Origin: Squalus acanthias
Lineage: Eukaryota
Assembly (NCBI GenBank): GCA_030390025.1
Contig: CM059433.1
Coordinates: 3,286,001-3,350,000, forward strand
DNA length: 64,000 bases
Reading direction: 5' to 3'
Below the pieces are notes generated by a model. It was not told the origin of the DNA and searched no databases. It saw only the letters and a program-made list of their open reading frames with translations. Numbering within the stretch: position 1 is the first letter of the stretch; the number at the start of each line of letters is the position of its first letter. Positions 24,936-38,199 of this stretch are shown one piece after another. The position numbers and the translations under genes are program-made.

Positions 24936-25896
24936 GGGAAGAAGTTTTTCGTCATGGGCAGGGTTGACGGGCAGCTTCTCTTTTCCGATCCGTCTGTTTT
25001 GCATGTTCCTCGCGCCTGCTCCCTGCGAGTGCTGTTGGAAGCGCCGGCTCGCCGGGTCACCCCAATAATACTGGATTGGTAAAAGGAGATTTCTCATTTT
25101 CTCAGATGTTTTCTATTGGTAAATATTCACTCCAACCACTGAACCAACAAACCTTTCAACACTTACACCAACTGCACAGCTCCGCCGCAGTTTGAGAAGT
25201 GTAAGAAGACAACTCGTATTTATCACCATCATAAATTGCATTCTCAGAAATTGCAGTTTTCAATTTGTGCATTCCAGTGATTCCAAGAGCAGATCATTAA
25301 TTTTGAGCAAATGCAGCCATTAATCTAATTTCATGGGAAATTAGGAATTTTGGCCTCACGGTGCTATCTCCAGCAAAGTGGCCTTGTCGAAAACCGATGA
25401 AACATCAAACCAATTTGAGTAACAGGCAGCACAGCAACTTAAGCCAGCGGATTCCTGGGATTAAACAAAAGAGCCCTGAAACTCTGCAGGAGCTTGCCTG
25501 CTTTGCCGTCATTTCCCTAGTGGTTCCTCTGGTCTCCCACCGAAGCCTCAGGGCATTCCCCACGGAATTCCAGGGCAAAGATATTTTACATGAACTGAGA
25601 TTTATACAGATTTTAACTCTCATAATTTTTCCACAGATTTGTTTTTGTGCCATTTACTGCAGCATTCAATTGTTCTGTACATTATTGGTCCAAATCTAAT
25701 CTGTGCCCTGAAGTTGCCGGGATGGCACATCCGACAGCCCACAACGTGACTGTGGACTGTTTTCCTCACCCTTCAGATCGCACTATATTTGTGCCGCAAA
25801 ATGCTGGAAATCTGAGTTGATAATGGTGCGGCGATGTCAACGTCACATCTGGGACACATGAATGTCCAGCCCAATGGCCTTCATTGCGAACAATAG

Positions 25897-26376
25897 GAAG
25901 AAAGAAAGACTTGCATTTATGTAGCGCCTTTCACGACCACCAGACGTCTCAAAGCGCTTTACAGCCAATAAAGTACTTTTTTTTGGAGTGTAGTCACTGT
26001 TGTAATGTGGGAAACACGGCAGCCAATTTGCGCACAGAAAGCTCCCACAAACAGCAATGTGATAATGACCAGATAATCTGTTTTTTTGGTTATGTTGGTT
26101 GAGGGATAAATATTGGTCCCAGGACACCAGGGATAACTCCCCTGCTCTTCTTCACATAGTGCCATGGGATCTTTAACGTCCACCTGAGAGGGCAGACGGG
26201 GCCTCAGTTTAACATCTCATCTGAAAGACGGCACCTCCGACAGTGCAGCGCTCCCTCAGCACTGCACTGGAGTGTCAGCCTAGCTTTATGTGCTCAAGTC
26301 CCTGGAGTGGGACTTGAACCCACAACCTTCTGACTCAGAGGCGAGAGAGAGATACCCACTGAGCCACAGCTGACAC
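25897..26376 (-). mobile_element. DeuSINE (SacSINE1-like), full length
   Basis: tRNA-like head GTGTCAGCTGTGGCTCAGTGG..GGTTCAAGTCCC, Deu-like core AGATGAGATGTTAAAC..AAAGATCCCATGGCAC, and L2-type tail with (CTTT)n. Confidence 0.88.
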
Positions 26377-26435
26377 TTAGGTGGAGAAGGAACTCGTGTA
26401 AATTAGAGTCAAGTTAAAGACAGAAGAGAAATAAA

Positions 26436-27074
26436 GGCCCCGATATTAACGGGAAGCTGGGGAGGGTGCAGGGTCGGTCGAAATTGGCCAATAACCCAGC
26501 AAGGACAGAGATGTGGAGGCCGTGCCGATCTTAAAGGCAGGGCCTCATTACCATATTATTGGGACCCCTCCCACCCAGCAGCTGGACGAATGGACAGCCT
26601 GGCCAGCGGACGGGAGCAGACCACAGCCAGTAGGCCACAGCCGGAGACTCGTGGGGACGCTCCCTGGAACTGGGAAGGGAGCATCAGTTCTGGGCTGCGA
26701 TCAGGTAGGGGTGGGGAGGTGGGGAGGCTCATGATCAAGAGGGCTGAGGGGAGGCTGGTGATCGGGGGAGGCTGGGGGAGAATGGTGATCAGGAGGGGTG
26801 GGGAAGGCTGGTGATCAGGGGAGAATGGTGATCAGGAGGGGTGGGGGAGGCTGGTGATCGGGGGCGGGGGTGGGGGCTTGGGGGTAGGATGGTGATCGGG
26901 GCTAGAGGAGGCTGAAGGCTTCTTTGAAGTGCCTCGGGGGGAGCAATCCAGCAATTTGTGGAGAATCGGAACTCATGGTGTATCTCTTCTTTGCCACAAA
27001 TTGCTGGATTTTTGACAAACTAACAATGGCGGGCGCTGTGAATTCGCCAGTACTTTTCCAGCAATTTCTGGGCC
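26436..27074. mobile_element. Harbinger-type non-autonomous element(s)
   Basis: Ends GGCCCCGATATT and CAATTTCTGGGCC (the latter identical to the end at 44770-44782). Internal GGTGATC G-rich repeats. Confidence 0.5.
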
Positions 27075-27082
27075 ATGGAATT

Positions 27083-28671
27083 ACATAGAAGCAGAGAAGA
27101 TAGGAGCAGGAGTAGGCCATTCGGCTCCTCGAGCCTGCTCCGCCATTTAATACGATCATGGCTGATCAACCAAATTCAGTACCCTGTCCCTGCTTTCTCC
27201 CCATATCCCTTGATCCCTTTAGCCTTAAGACATATATCTAACTCATCCTTGAATATATTTAATGAATTGGCCTCAACTGCCTTCTGTGGCAGAGAATTCC
27301 ACAGGTTCACCACTCTCTGGGTGAAGAAATTCCTCCTCATCTCAGTCATAAATGGCTTAGCCCTTATCCTTAGACTGTGACCCCTGGTTCTGGACTCCCC
27401 CGCCATCAGTAACAGCCTCCCTGCATCTAGTCTGTCTAGTCCTGTTAGAATTTTATAAGTTTCAATGAGATCCCCTCTCATTCTTCTAAACTCTAGCGAA
27501 TATAAACCTAATCGACCCAATCTCTCTTCATACGTCATTCCTGCCATCCCAGGTATCAGTCTGGTGAATCTTCGCTGCACTCCCTCCATGGCAAGAGCAT
27601 CCTTTCTCAGATAAGGCGACCAAAACTGCACACAATACTCAAGGTGTGGTCTCACCAAGGCCCTGTACAACTGCAGCAAGACATCCTTGCTCCTGTACTC
27701 GAATCCTCTCGCTATGAAGGCCAACATACCATTTGCCTTCTTAACCGCCTGCTGCACCTGCATACTTACCTTCAGCGACTGGTACACAAGGACACCCAGG
27801 TCTCGTTGCACTTCCCCTTTTCCCAATCTGTTGCCGTTCAGATAATAATCTGTCTTCCTGTTTTTGCCACCAAAGTGGATAACCTCGCATTTATCCACAT
27901 TATAGCGCATCTGCCATGCATCTGCCCAATCACCCAACCTGTCCAAATCATACTGGAGTTTCTCTGCATCCTCCTCACAGCACACACCCCCACCCAGCTT
28001 TGTGTCATCTGCAAACTTGTTGATATTACATCTAGTTCCCTCGTCTAGATCATTAATATATATTGTGAATAACTGGGGTCCTAGCACCGATCCCTGCGGT
28101 ACCCCACTAGTCACTGCCTGCCACTCGTAAAAAGACTCGTTTATTCCAACTCTTTGCTTCCTGTCTGTCAACCAGTTCTCTATCCAAGTCAGTACCTTAC
28201 CCCCAATTCCATGTGCTTTAACTTTGCATGCCAATCTCTTATGCGGGACCTTATCAAAAGCCTTCTGAAAGTCCAAATACACCACATCCACTTGTTCTCC
28301 CTTATCTATTTTACCAGTTACATCCTCAAAAAATTCCAGTAGATTAGTCAAGCATGATTTACCCTTTGTAAATCCATGTTGACTTTGTCCGATCCTGTCA
28401 CTGTCCAAGTGTTCTGCTATTACATCTTTTATAATGGACTCTAGCATTTTGCCCACTACCGATGTCAGGCTTACCGGTCTATAATTCCCCGTTTTCTCTC
28501 TACCACCTTTTTTAAATAGTGGGGTTACATTAGCTATCCTCCAATCCATGGGAACTGTTCCATTGTCTATAGAATTTTGGAAGATGACCAGAAATGCATC
28601 TACTATTTCTAGGGCCACTTCCTTAAGTACCCTAGGATGTAGATTATCAGGCCCTGGGGATTTATCGGCAA
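27083..28671 (-). mobile_element. CR1 5'-truncated copy with an uninterrupted RT reading frame
   Basis: 511-aa ORF 27176-28711 with all CR1 RT motifs ([29 protein letters not shown]). Close to 45936-47534. Confidence 0.96.
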
Positions 28672-29676
28672 TTAACCCGTCTTGTTCTCCAGCCCACTTA
28701 GTTTTCTCCACTTGCTTGATGGCTGTGATCCATGTTGGGGTACAGTTCCATGGGCCACATTACACCCCCAGGACATTGCCTCAGTGCCGAGCCTTGATGT
28801 GTGAATATAAACAACGAGCGTTGACAGGCTGTTCCTCCACAAGTATCGATTCTGTCCTCACCCGTTGTCCATATGAATGAGGTTTTGGCGGGGGCGGGGG
28901 GGGGGGGGCGGCGGTTTGCTGGATTGCAATCGGAAGCAGGAATCCAGGCTGACTTTGCAACTCCTAAGCCTAGGAATACTAGCAACCATCGGAACTGGCT
29001 ACAATCAACGAACTCAGTGCTCACCAAGGGTCGAACCTGGAACCTTCCCTCGGGGCCACACCATGTGGTCAATATTTCTGACTGCATATATTTATATTCT
29101 TATGAGCCTGCAGGATATAAGATAAGTAACATAGCTTGAAAACTTTCCTTGGACGAAGAGCTAAGGGGTAATGTTCCAACTAAAAGCTAGCAGCAGGGAT
29201 CCTTCCACACCAGAGATTCAGGGGCCGCTGGACTTGTTTTCTGACCATTCGGATCAATGGGGCAGGAAACTGCGCGCACCATGCGCCCAACTCTCCGCTG
29301 TGCAGAGCCAGTGAGCAAGGCTTTCCACTATCCACAGAATTAGCCCTTTAACGTACTCGATTAGAGTGATCCCTTTATTAGGTAACAAGAGACAGGGATG
29401 ACAACGATTTTATGGTTTAAACATCCGACAGACATGGGATATTGCTATGGTTACAATCATTGATTAGTCTGCAATGAGTTTGAACTTTTTATAATGAGAT
29501 TGTCACCACGATGTAAGAAATAAGGGGTTGAAGCTATTCATTTCTAAGCATTAATGCATATCCATGAGTGTTAATAATAGAAAAAGAGCAGTTATTTCCG
29601 TGATGAAGGAGTAAATGTGCAGGCAAATTTTCTACTCATGTTCTGAATGAGGGGTTCTGCACAGCTAGCAATTTAG

Positions 29677-31177
29677 AGGTAGATTTTCATCTTCACTGCC
29701 TGGGTGGTAATCATCATAGAATCATAGAAATTTACAGCATGGAAGGAGGCCATTTGGCCCATCTTGTCCGTGCCGGCCAACAAAGAGCTCTCCACCCTAA
29801 CCCCACTTTCCAGCTCTCGGTCCGTGGCCCTGTAGGTTCCGGCACTTCAAGTGCGCATCCAAGTACTTTTTAAATGTGATAAGGGTTTCTGCCTCTACCA
29901 CCCTTTCAGACAGTGAGTTCCAGACCCCCACCACCCTCTGGGTCAAAACATTTCTCCTCAACGCCCCTCTAAACCTCCGACCAATTACTTTAAATATATG
30001 TCCCCTGGTTATTGACCCCTCTGCTAAGGGAAATAGATCCTTCCTATCCACTCTATCGAGGCCCCTCATAATTTTATACACCTCAATTAAGTCTCCCCTC
30101 AGCCTCCTCTGTTCCAAAGAAAACAACCCCAGCCTATCCAATCTTTCCTCATAGCTAAAATTCCCCAGCCCAAGCAACATCCTCGTAAATCTCCTCTGCA
30201 CCCTCTCTAGTGCAATCACATCCTTCCTGTAATGTGGTGACCAGAACTGCACGCAGTACTCTAGCTGTGGCCTAACTAGTGTTTTATACAGTTCAAGCAT
30301 AACCTCCCTGCTCTTATATTCTATACCTTGGCTAATAAAGGCAAGTATCCCGTATGCCTTCTTAACCACCTTATCTACCTGTCCTGCTACCTTCAGGGAT
30401 CTGTGGACATGCACTCCAAGGTCGCTCTGATCCTCTACACTACTCAGTGTCCTACCATTTGTAGTGTATTCCCTTGCCTTGTTAGCTCTCCCCAAATGTA
30501 ATCTGGTGGAGCGCATTCCCCGACCTGTATAGAATCTGCCCAATTTTCAATTCAATGGGCAGCTGTAGAAGGCAACAGTCGGGGACCACTGAGGACAGTC
30601 CCAGACAATCGAGAAGATTGGGGGGGTCGTGGTGGGGGTGGGGCTTGGAGTACGGCAGAGAGATCGCGGGGGTCTGAGAGATGAGATGGGGGGGGAGTCC
30701 AAGAGATTGCAGGGGGAATGGGGAGAGATCGCAGGGGGAGAGAGACCCTGGGGGGCTCGGAACAAGGCGGAGAGATCGCGGGGCAGTGGGGCCTGAAGAT
30801 CGGTGGGGAGCAATCACAGCAGGTTTGCTTGAGGGGTCGGGTGAAAGCACTCCTGCTCCTTCTGGCCCACGAGCAGCGCTGGAACAGCACTCACCGCTGA
30901 ACCTGGCAGCTCTCGACCCCCTTCAGCTGCCAGATTTCCCGAGCCCTGGGAAACCCGGCCTGCAGCCGGTAAATTTAAATGGCAGCCAAAATCTGAGGCA
31001 CAGAGCCTCATTTAAATATTATAATCACTGACCCGCCTCTCCAGAGTGGGTTACTCGGCGCTCTGTTGGTTACTTACCTAAACCGGAGGTAGACGCGTTC
31101 ACGGCGGGTTGGGGTCCGGTTTCACATTCTTTCAGATTTAGATCCTCTCCCGCCTGTCAGGGGGTTAAAATTCCCCC
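29677..31177. mobile_element. Composite TIR element(s) split by a CR1 insertion
   Basis: Left end GAGGTAGATTTTCATCTTCACTGCC resumes after the CR1 at 30498. G-rich GATCG tract. Right end TTAAAATTCCCCC. Confidence 0.55.
29713..30497 (-). mobile_element. CR1 3' fragment
   Basis: DLGVHVHRSLKVAGQVDKVVKKAYGIL..LVRPQLEYCVQFWSP and a (TTCTATGA)n tail. Flanking direct repeat GTAATC at 29707-29712 and 30498-30503. Confidence 0.95.
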
Positions 31178-33312
31178 TGTAAGTCTGGGTCGGACTCAAT
31201 CCCAGATCATAAAGGCGAAAGGATAACACCCAACTCACTGTGTCATTCAGTGTTACTGAGGTGGCATATTGAGAAGCAGAAACAAATTGATCTATTGAAC
31301 GTAATTCAGGTTCAAAACATCACCAGATAATCCTATTATTGTATGGAACCAAAAACTCATTGGTGGAAGTCATGAATAGCAGTTTCAATCTGTCTCACTG
31401 CATTGATACCTTGCACTTCCATTTTATTTTCAAGAATCTCCAGAGGTTACCATGTATCTATCATAGAAAGGCAGGCAGATTGAAATCAAATGCTACTTTG
31501 GTCTAACCATGTTGAGGTAATGCAGTATGTCTTTTTCAAAACACAAAATATACTCTTTTTAAAAGATGAGTTGTGATGTTACAAATGTGGAGCTGAGCAA
31601 TCCATTAAATTGATGTGCTATTCAGACTGCCCTGAGTTTCATATTATGGCTGAAAGTAAAATAGGTTGTTTCCTGCTTCTGTTATTTTTCTCAGCCCATT
31701 TTTCTCTTGGTTTTGTTCCCTCCTTCCATCAAGATTGCTCAACCCTATGAACCCGACTTCACTTGGAACTCCGAGCACGCGTATTGAGGACTGCGCTCCA
31801 CCTCTCACACCAACGTAGCTTTGTGTTCAGACACCAGGATGCACTGACAGTGAAGTGAACGAGCCATTAGGTAGTTGGACTAAAACACCAGGGGAACACG
31901 GCCTGAAGTTTGAACCAGTGAGCTCAGCTTTATCTCAGTAGCTGTTGAGAGCCACTCGTCAAATGTTAGATTTCCGATTGGTTTAAATCCATCAAATGTG
32001 GCCAAAAGTTCACTTGGTAGGGAAAGACATTCTGCTGGATGCACGATATGGGCACTGTATATTTTCACTTTTTGGGTAAAGGAGAACATCCATGTTAGGT
32101 TTTCAAAGCTAATGATCTTGAACGTATAAAACAGCCATACCTTTGAACTCAACACACTGGATGTTTCTAATCTTCTGATACACTGAGACATATTCATCCA
32201 GCAAAGAAGCACATCAGCAAAAAAAAAACACGATGCACTTGTCCTACAGATTATACAAAAAAATTAAGTTGAGTGATGGATTCAGTGAAGCATCATCTCT
32301 AAACTGTTCATCTGGTCACATCCGCAGTTCTCTGTATATCCTTGGAGAATGCATTCCAAGGAGCTGCCAGTTTGCAACAGAATTCTTCTCTCTGACAGAA
32401 ATTGTCCCTAATGTTTTATTTAAGCAATAATCAATGCTTGCACATTAATAAGTATAAAAGTGCCACAGTTCATTTTCTGAAGAGTGATATGCTCAGTGGA
32501 TATGTATTAATTAGCAATGTACTACAACAGGAGTCTCTCACATGGATTTTTTGAAATGGAAAAAATTCCTAACCATAAGCATTTAGCTTGAATGATTTGC
32601 TTTCAAGCATTCCCTACTTAATGTGAATCGCAGGCTGGATATCTAACAATGTACATTTAACATTTTAACAACCTGTGAGCCCCTTATTGCAAAGGCAACC
32701 TTCAAAAGTTTGCAGTTATGAACATGTGCCTTGCATCTTCTGCAAAACGTATGTTGCTTCTTTGTTTCCAAATGAACTGTTGCTCCTGAAGCATCAGGTG
32801 CGATTTTCCACCTTCTCTAACAATAGTTGGAAATCCAGTTTCACCATTGTCAAGTTGCTGTCATTTCAAAAGTAACATGCGTAGTTTTAGAGCTTGGACA
32901 TGTTATACCTAATGTGGATTGTGCATTCTTGGAGCTCAGATGTGTACACCTATTGTAAATTGTGTATTCTTGAAACGCGAATGTGCTCTATCTAATACAG
33001 ATAGTGCATTTATGCGGCTTAGATGTCTCAAAGCTAATGTACAGCTGAGGAGCCAATCAGAAAATAACTGCAGTAGAGATGTTCAATCACCTGGTAAATG
33101 GCTATCAAGTTGCTGCTATTCCCTTACCAGCACTGACACTGGGCAAGAGACAGAAGAAGTACCTCAAAGATTGGAGGCCCCCACAGCTGGATTAAGGCAG
33201 ACTGTTCCTGGGACACAGGCGGGACTGTCTGGGTCCGCGACACACAGGAGTAGACGGTTAGTGGAAGTGCAAACAGGTGCTCAGGGGGTCTCTCACACAC
33301 TACTCCTTTCAT

Positions 33313-33420
33313 TAAGAACATAAGAAATAGGAGCAGGAGTAGGCCATTCGGCCCTTCGAGCCTGCTCTGCCATTCAATGAGATCATGGCTGATCTTCTGC
33401 CTATAAGAACATAAGAAATA
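33313..33420 (-). mobile_element. CR1 3'-UTR/tail-only fragment with a duplicated tail
   Basis: Matches 1569-1655. TAAGAACATAAGAAATA occurs at both ends. Confidence 0.8.
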
Positions 33421-34174
33421 TTAGGGCATCGCTTAGGAGTATACACGAGGAGGAACACAGCACTGTCATTCACAAAGCACGGGGGGACAGGGTAACAATA
33501 TTACATACAACATATTGCATGCCTGCACTTCTACATTAATAAAAGCAAATGTTGAAAACCATAAAGTTCGCACTCAACACTTTTCACAAATCAAATTAAT
33601 GGAAAAATGAACTGCTTTGCACATAACAATGGTCAAAAATAAGAAGGGTGTGCCTTGCTGCAGCTTTTCCTAAGCAAGCATGCTCACACCTCTTTCATTG
33701 GCAATACTGTGCAATGTGTAAAATACACCAGCTTATATTGCAATGCACTCCTAGATTGGCCCAAGGACTGGAAAGATTGTTTTGGGAGACCAGAGGTTTA
33801 CTCTATTATATTTCTACCTGGTAAATGTGCATCTTTGTAGGGCCTGGGGTTCTGCAGACATGTCATCAGTCGGGTTTGGAGCAATTAACACATGTTTGCC
33901 AGGAGCTGACTTTGCATTCTTTCTTACGCTCAAACTTTTGGGGAACCACTGATTCCCTCAATATTCAATGAGCACTCCCTGGAAAATGAGTGTTAACTAG
34001 TGTAAACTTTTTCCAGTAGACACTTATCATCTGAACACTGAGGGAACAGTGACCCTGTTAATAAAAGAGGCGAGCACCACTTGCAAAGGCATGGATAGAA
34101 ACTTGAATGCAATTAGTGGCAACTCGTACTCGGGAAATACCACACAACAGGTAAAAGTAGGTCTGTTGTTTCAG

Positions 34175-34940
34175 CTAGTTCTGGATGCTGATGTTGAGCT
34201 TGACAGGCACCAAAACTTCCTGCGTGCGGAGGCCTCCGATCTGGAAAAAATCTACAGACTTACCTGAGGGCTCCCGAGGTGCGTATACTTCCGCTGCTGG
34301 GCCTCTCCAAACTCGAAATGCGTAGGGCCCACATATCCCAGGGGCGCAGGCGGTTCGCAAGCGTCCCTGGGATCACGTGGGCCATGGGGAGCCAATAGGA
34401 GAAGGGAATCTCCCTTCATACACTTGACAGATAAACTTGTCAAATATATGAATGGAGATGATCCCAAAAACACAGTAAAACATTAAATAAATTTTTTTAA
34501 AAATCACATTTTTAAAATGAGTTGAAATGACAATAAATTAAATATTTTAAACAAAAATGTAACTTTTTGAATAAAAATAATTAAAGTTTTTTACGGGGCT
34601 AAAAATAAACTTACCTTTTTTAAAGTATTTTTAAATGATAAATCAGTGAAAAAATTTTTTTTTTTACTTTTTTCATCTCTTATGCTGGTAAAAGCAGGCC
34701 TTACCAGGCGTAAGATTTCTAAGGGTTTTCTGCGGGCGGAGGTTCTGCAGAAAGCGGAATTATCCGCCCGCAGAGGCCCTTCTCCAGGGCAGGCGTCCGA
34801 TCTGTCAAGAGGATTCTTGTCAGATCGGAAATGCCGGTTTTCAGCGCATGCACTTGGCATGCCTGAAACCGGCATTTCCAATGTCCCTACGGGTGTGTAC
34901 ACAGCTCGTACACACCCGTAGGGATCGGAATATACGGGCC
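34175..34940 (-). mobile_element. Harbinger-type non-autonomous element (family B, AT-rich core)
   Basis: Reverse-orientation homology to 44041-44782 (GCATGCGCTGAAAACCGGC and AT-rich core). Ends ..TATACGGGCC. Left end approximate. Confidence 0.6.
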
Positions 34941-34943
34941 ATT

Positions 34944-35116
34944 GAGAGTGAAGTTGGTCTTCAGTGGTCGCGCCAAACAGACGATGGCGAATCAGTAGCT
35001 CGATTTTCTTTCCCATTTAAGTCAAATGGAACAGGAAAATCGGGCTGGGTGTAAAACTGGTAGCTGATTCCCTATCGCCTGTTTTTGCACTAAAACTGAA
35101 GACTAATTTCGCCCTC
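34944..35116. mobile_element. Short palindromic MITE
   Basis: 22-bp TIR GAGAGTGAAGTTGGTCTTCAGT / ACTGAAGACTAATTTCGCCCTC (18/22), flanks ATT/ATC. Confidence 0.65.
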
Positions 35117-36420
35117 ATCATTTGTTACCTCAGTGATGAAGCAGTGAACTACCGACAGGCTCATCATGACGTCTCCTGTTGGTGCCTGGAAGAACGTAAT
35201 GCAGTAAAAGCTGAGCGTAGTCATTGTGTTTACTTCCACTGAGATGTTGCTCTGAGGTTGCCGGTCTGGTTCTGGGAGCTGGCACAGGTCTCAGATACCA
35301 TCCCAACCCAGGGGCTACTTGGAAAGGCTACACTCATTAGGTTTTTGTATTCATCGGGTGCCACATCTATCTGTATACATGCATGGTGCCATTAGGTTTT
35401 TAAGGCAGAAAGCAGCCCAATCTGAAGACTTTAGATTTAGCACTCACTCAGGATTAGTGGTCCCACTTTTTTCTCCTTTCCAGCAACCTCAAAACATTCC
35501 CATCAAAAATGGAATTCCGTTAAAGAAAAACTCAGGAAGCTGAGCACCAGTATGTTTTGCTTTCTCCAGCTAGAATGAAAGCAATGTCGGAAAGCTGATC
35601 TTATGTTTTTGTCGCTGTTGATAAAGTGAATAATAAGAGTCTCAGTTCCCTAAACCAAATGGAGTCCGTGCTTGTTACAATCCATGTGCCAGTTGTAAAT
35701 CTAGCTCCTGTTGGTTTTAAATGACCTGTGCTCATTAAGCTGTGATCAGAATGAAAGATAAAATCATTTGATTTCAGTTCTGTGTTTATTGATTCATTAC
35801 TTGTGGTTGAAAAGTGGACAGCATTCGAACCTCCTGTCATGCCTAATGAGTAGAGGGATGATCCCTAATTTGTTTTTGTTGTCTACACCACACACTAATG
35901 ATAAAACAAGATCTATATAGAAACCACACTCCTTTGACGAAATAGGAAGATGTTTTCCCTTTATTCTAGTATTTAGCTAAATAAACATTGTTCTACAGGA
36001 ATATTTTAAACTCTCTAACAAAGTTAAGTGTAATTATAAACAAGCTATGACCAACATGCTGATAGACAACAAGATGGTTACCTTCTTGAACAATACTAGA
36101 ATAATCTTCCAGACAACAGAGTGGCAGACTACTGATATTTTGCTATCGAAATACGGTATTCTACTACATCCAACTTCTCACGGAAGGGTAAGAATAAAAT
36201 TGTGTTATACCACCACTAAATTAAATAAAACTAAAATGCTAATAAAATGTAGGAATATGGAAAAATAGGTGAGGAATATTGACCTCCATTCATTAAAATT
36301 CAGTATTTTTGTATCACATTGCTACGGAGTTGGTAAGAATGGTGTGAATGTGATACTAAAGCCAATAGCAATGTCATTTTTTTAAATGTTTGAGCCTTGC
36401 TCCTGCCTCACCAATACCAG

Positions 36421-36867
36421 CGGGTAAGCGTTCTCCAAGGCGGCCTTCGGGATACACGACAGCACAAAATCATAGAGCAGAAACTGATAGCCAAGTTCCG
36501 CACTCATGAGGATGGCCTCAATCGCGATATCGGGTTCATGTCACGATACAGAACGTGACTTGACATCATGGCCAGTCTTTCCAGGTTTTGTTTTAAAAAG
36601 ACTAACACAAATGGAGAGGATATGCAGCCAGCAGGTGTTTTGACACGTTGGACCCCCTGGGACACATCTCATTGTCTTGGCTGTGCTCTTAGTGTGTCTT
36701 TGATGTAGGGAAAGATTTGAATAGATGTTTTCTGTGTTTATATTGTGAATTCTGGGAGATTCTCTCACAGCTACCCTACCTGAAGAAGGAGCGAACACCT
36801 CCGAAAGCTTGTAAAATTAAATAAATCTGTTGGACTATAACCTGGTGGTGTGCGACTTCTCATTTTT
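36421..36867 (+). mobile_element. Penelope-like retroelement 3' fragment: GIY-YIG C-terminus, 3' UTR and pseudo-LTR
   Basis: 36421-36558 encodes RVSVLQGGLRDTRQHKIIEQKLIAKFRTHEDGLNRDIGFMSRYRT*, with the E..I..T..GLN pattern of PLE endonucleases. Followed by the repeat also seen at 5805 and 51031. Confidence 0.85.
36777..36813 (+). ncRNA. Minimal type I hammerhead ribozyme (Penelope-type)
   Basis: tac-CTGAAGA-a-ggag-cgaacac-ctcc-GAAA-gct-t-gta. Confidence 0.7.
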
Positions 36868-37596
36868 AGCCTATTAGAGGTAGTGTAGTATTCACTCTTA
36901 ATCTGACACACGCTCATGGCAGAAAATTTAAATTCAAACAACAATTTTAACTTGACAAGGCTGGTCTTGTATATCACAGTGGCGCGACAAATAACTTAGT
37001 GTTGTCAGTATAGGTAGCTGAGAAAAATGCTCCATCTGCTTTCTGTCTACTTAAGAGTCAGCAATTTACATAATCATACTACAATGTTAAACTAATTGTT
37101 TTGTTTGTTGTGAAAGAAGGTTTAGTATTAAATTAATTGTGGGGTGGGGGAAGCTAGCCTTATTACTGATAATGCACCTCCCAATTTATCCACATACATT
37201 TGCCTGTCCAAGAGAGATAAGCGAGATAAAAGGCCAGGGCTTTAGCATGGGTTGTCAATTCTCTGTTAACACATCAGCAAGATAGGTAAAGTTAACGACA
37301 GGCTGCCACAGTAGAGTAAGAATCAGAATGAGGTTTTAACTGGGAAAATAGAATGGATATGTTGCTAGTCACATATTTGTTATATCAGCTAAAGAGAATT
37401 AAGGCTGCCGTATTGATCTTTGACCATAAGTGGTGGACAACATCACCGTATCGAGGAATGCAAAGGGATTTTGAATTTCCTGAATAAAAGTGGAAGGATG
37501 CCAGTAAAACTAAATAGCTTTCACAGTATCATCATGTTGCTAAACAAGACACACACCGTAGATGCTGAAGCTTTAAACTTGAGATCTTCTTAGCTG

Positions 37597-38199
37597 TGTA
37601 AGGTTCTTGGGCTCAGCACCAATCTTGGTTGCAATAATCTTTATTGAGTTCAACCGAGTCTTGACATACTCAATGTCTAAGCAATAGTCATACAGAGAAA
37701 TAAACAATATTACCCCGCTTTTCCTCTGGGTACTGATTTGTAACCTTCATCGCTTCTTTTGTTCTTGTCTCTCTCTACAAATTGTGAAGGTAAACCTAAT
37801 ATCTTTATAGGACTCTAGACACTCACACCCATCCTTGAAACCTTGATGATTCATTATGGTGTGATAGGAGTTGTTTTCTAGTTTTCCTAACTAATCTGTT
37901 GATCGTTGTCTTGCTTGTTTGTGATATAGGCTACTTTCCTATCTGAAAGACCATTGATCCCTTACTAAGCATTCCCTGCTCAAATAAAATCCTGTTTGCA
38001 GGCAAAGCTTTTTCTTGCTAAAGGTCATCCGTACCCCCAAAGTATTCTGGGAATGAGCAGATTGACCATTTTATTATTTCTAGCTACTATACAAGCCTAC
38101 AAGCTATTTAGTGAAAAGAAAGCGAAAGCTATAATCATATGAGATTAAACCAAATCCTAACCTTACGTACATATGTATATAAGGATAGGGTATCTTACA
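37597..38199 (-). mobile_element. Probable solo LTR (603 bp)
   Basis: TGTAAG..CTTACA termini, flanks GCTG/GCTA. On the minus strand TATAAA (37804-37809) precedes AATAAA (37640-37645) in U3-R-U5 order. Confidence 0.6.

Noticed and set aside
24009..25097. Pro-rich or Gly-rich ORFs of 200-360 aa
   Set aside because: Artefacts of the G/A low-complexity tract.
27176..28711. Functional stand-alone reverse transcriptase gene
   Set aside because: It is a 5'-truncated CR1. The first ~13 codons come from flanking DNA and there is no endonuclease or promoter evidence.
30849..30860. ACTCCTGCTCCT shared between MITEs (30849, 49528) and the CR1 3' stem-loop
   Set aside because: A low-complexity 12-mer with no flanking homology; it cannot be distinguished from coincidence.
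31880..32430. ORFs in unique sequence as host exons (also 517-795, 12814-13023 and 35601-35840)
   Set aside because: No recognisable domain and no consistent splice chain; lengths are compatible with chance.
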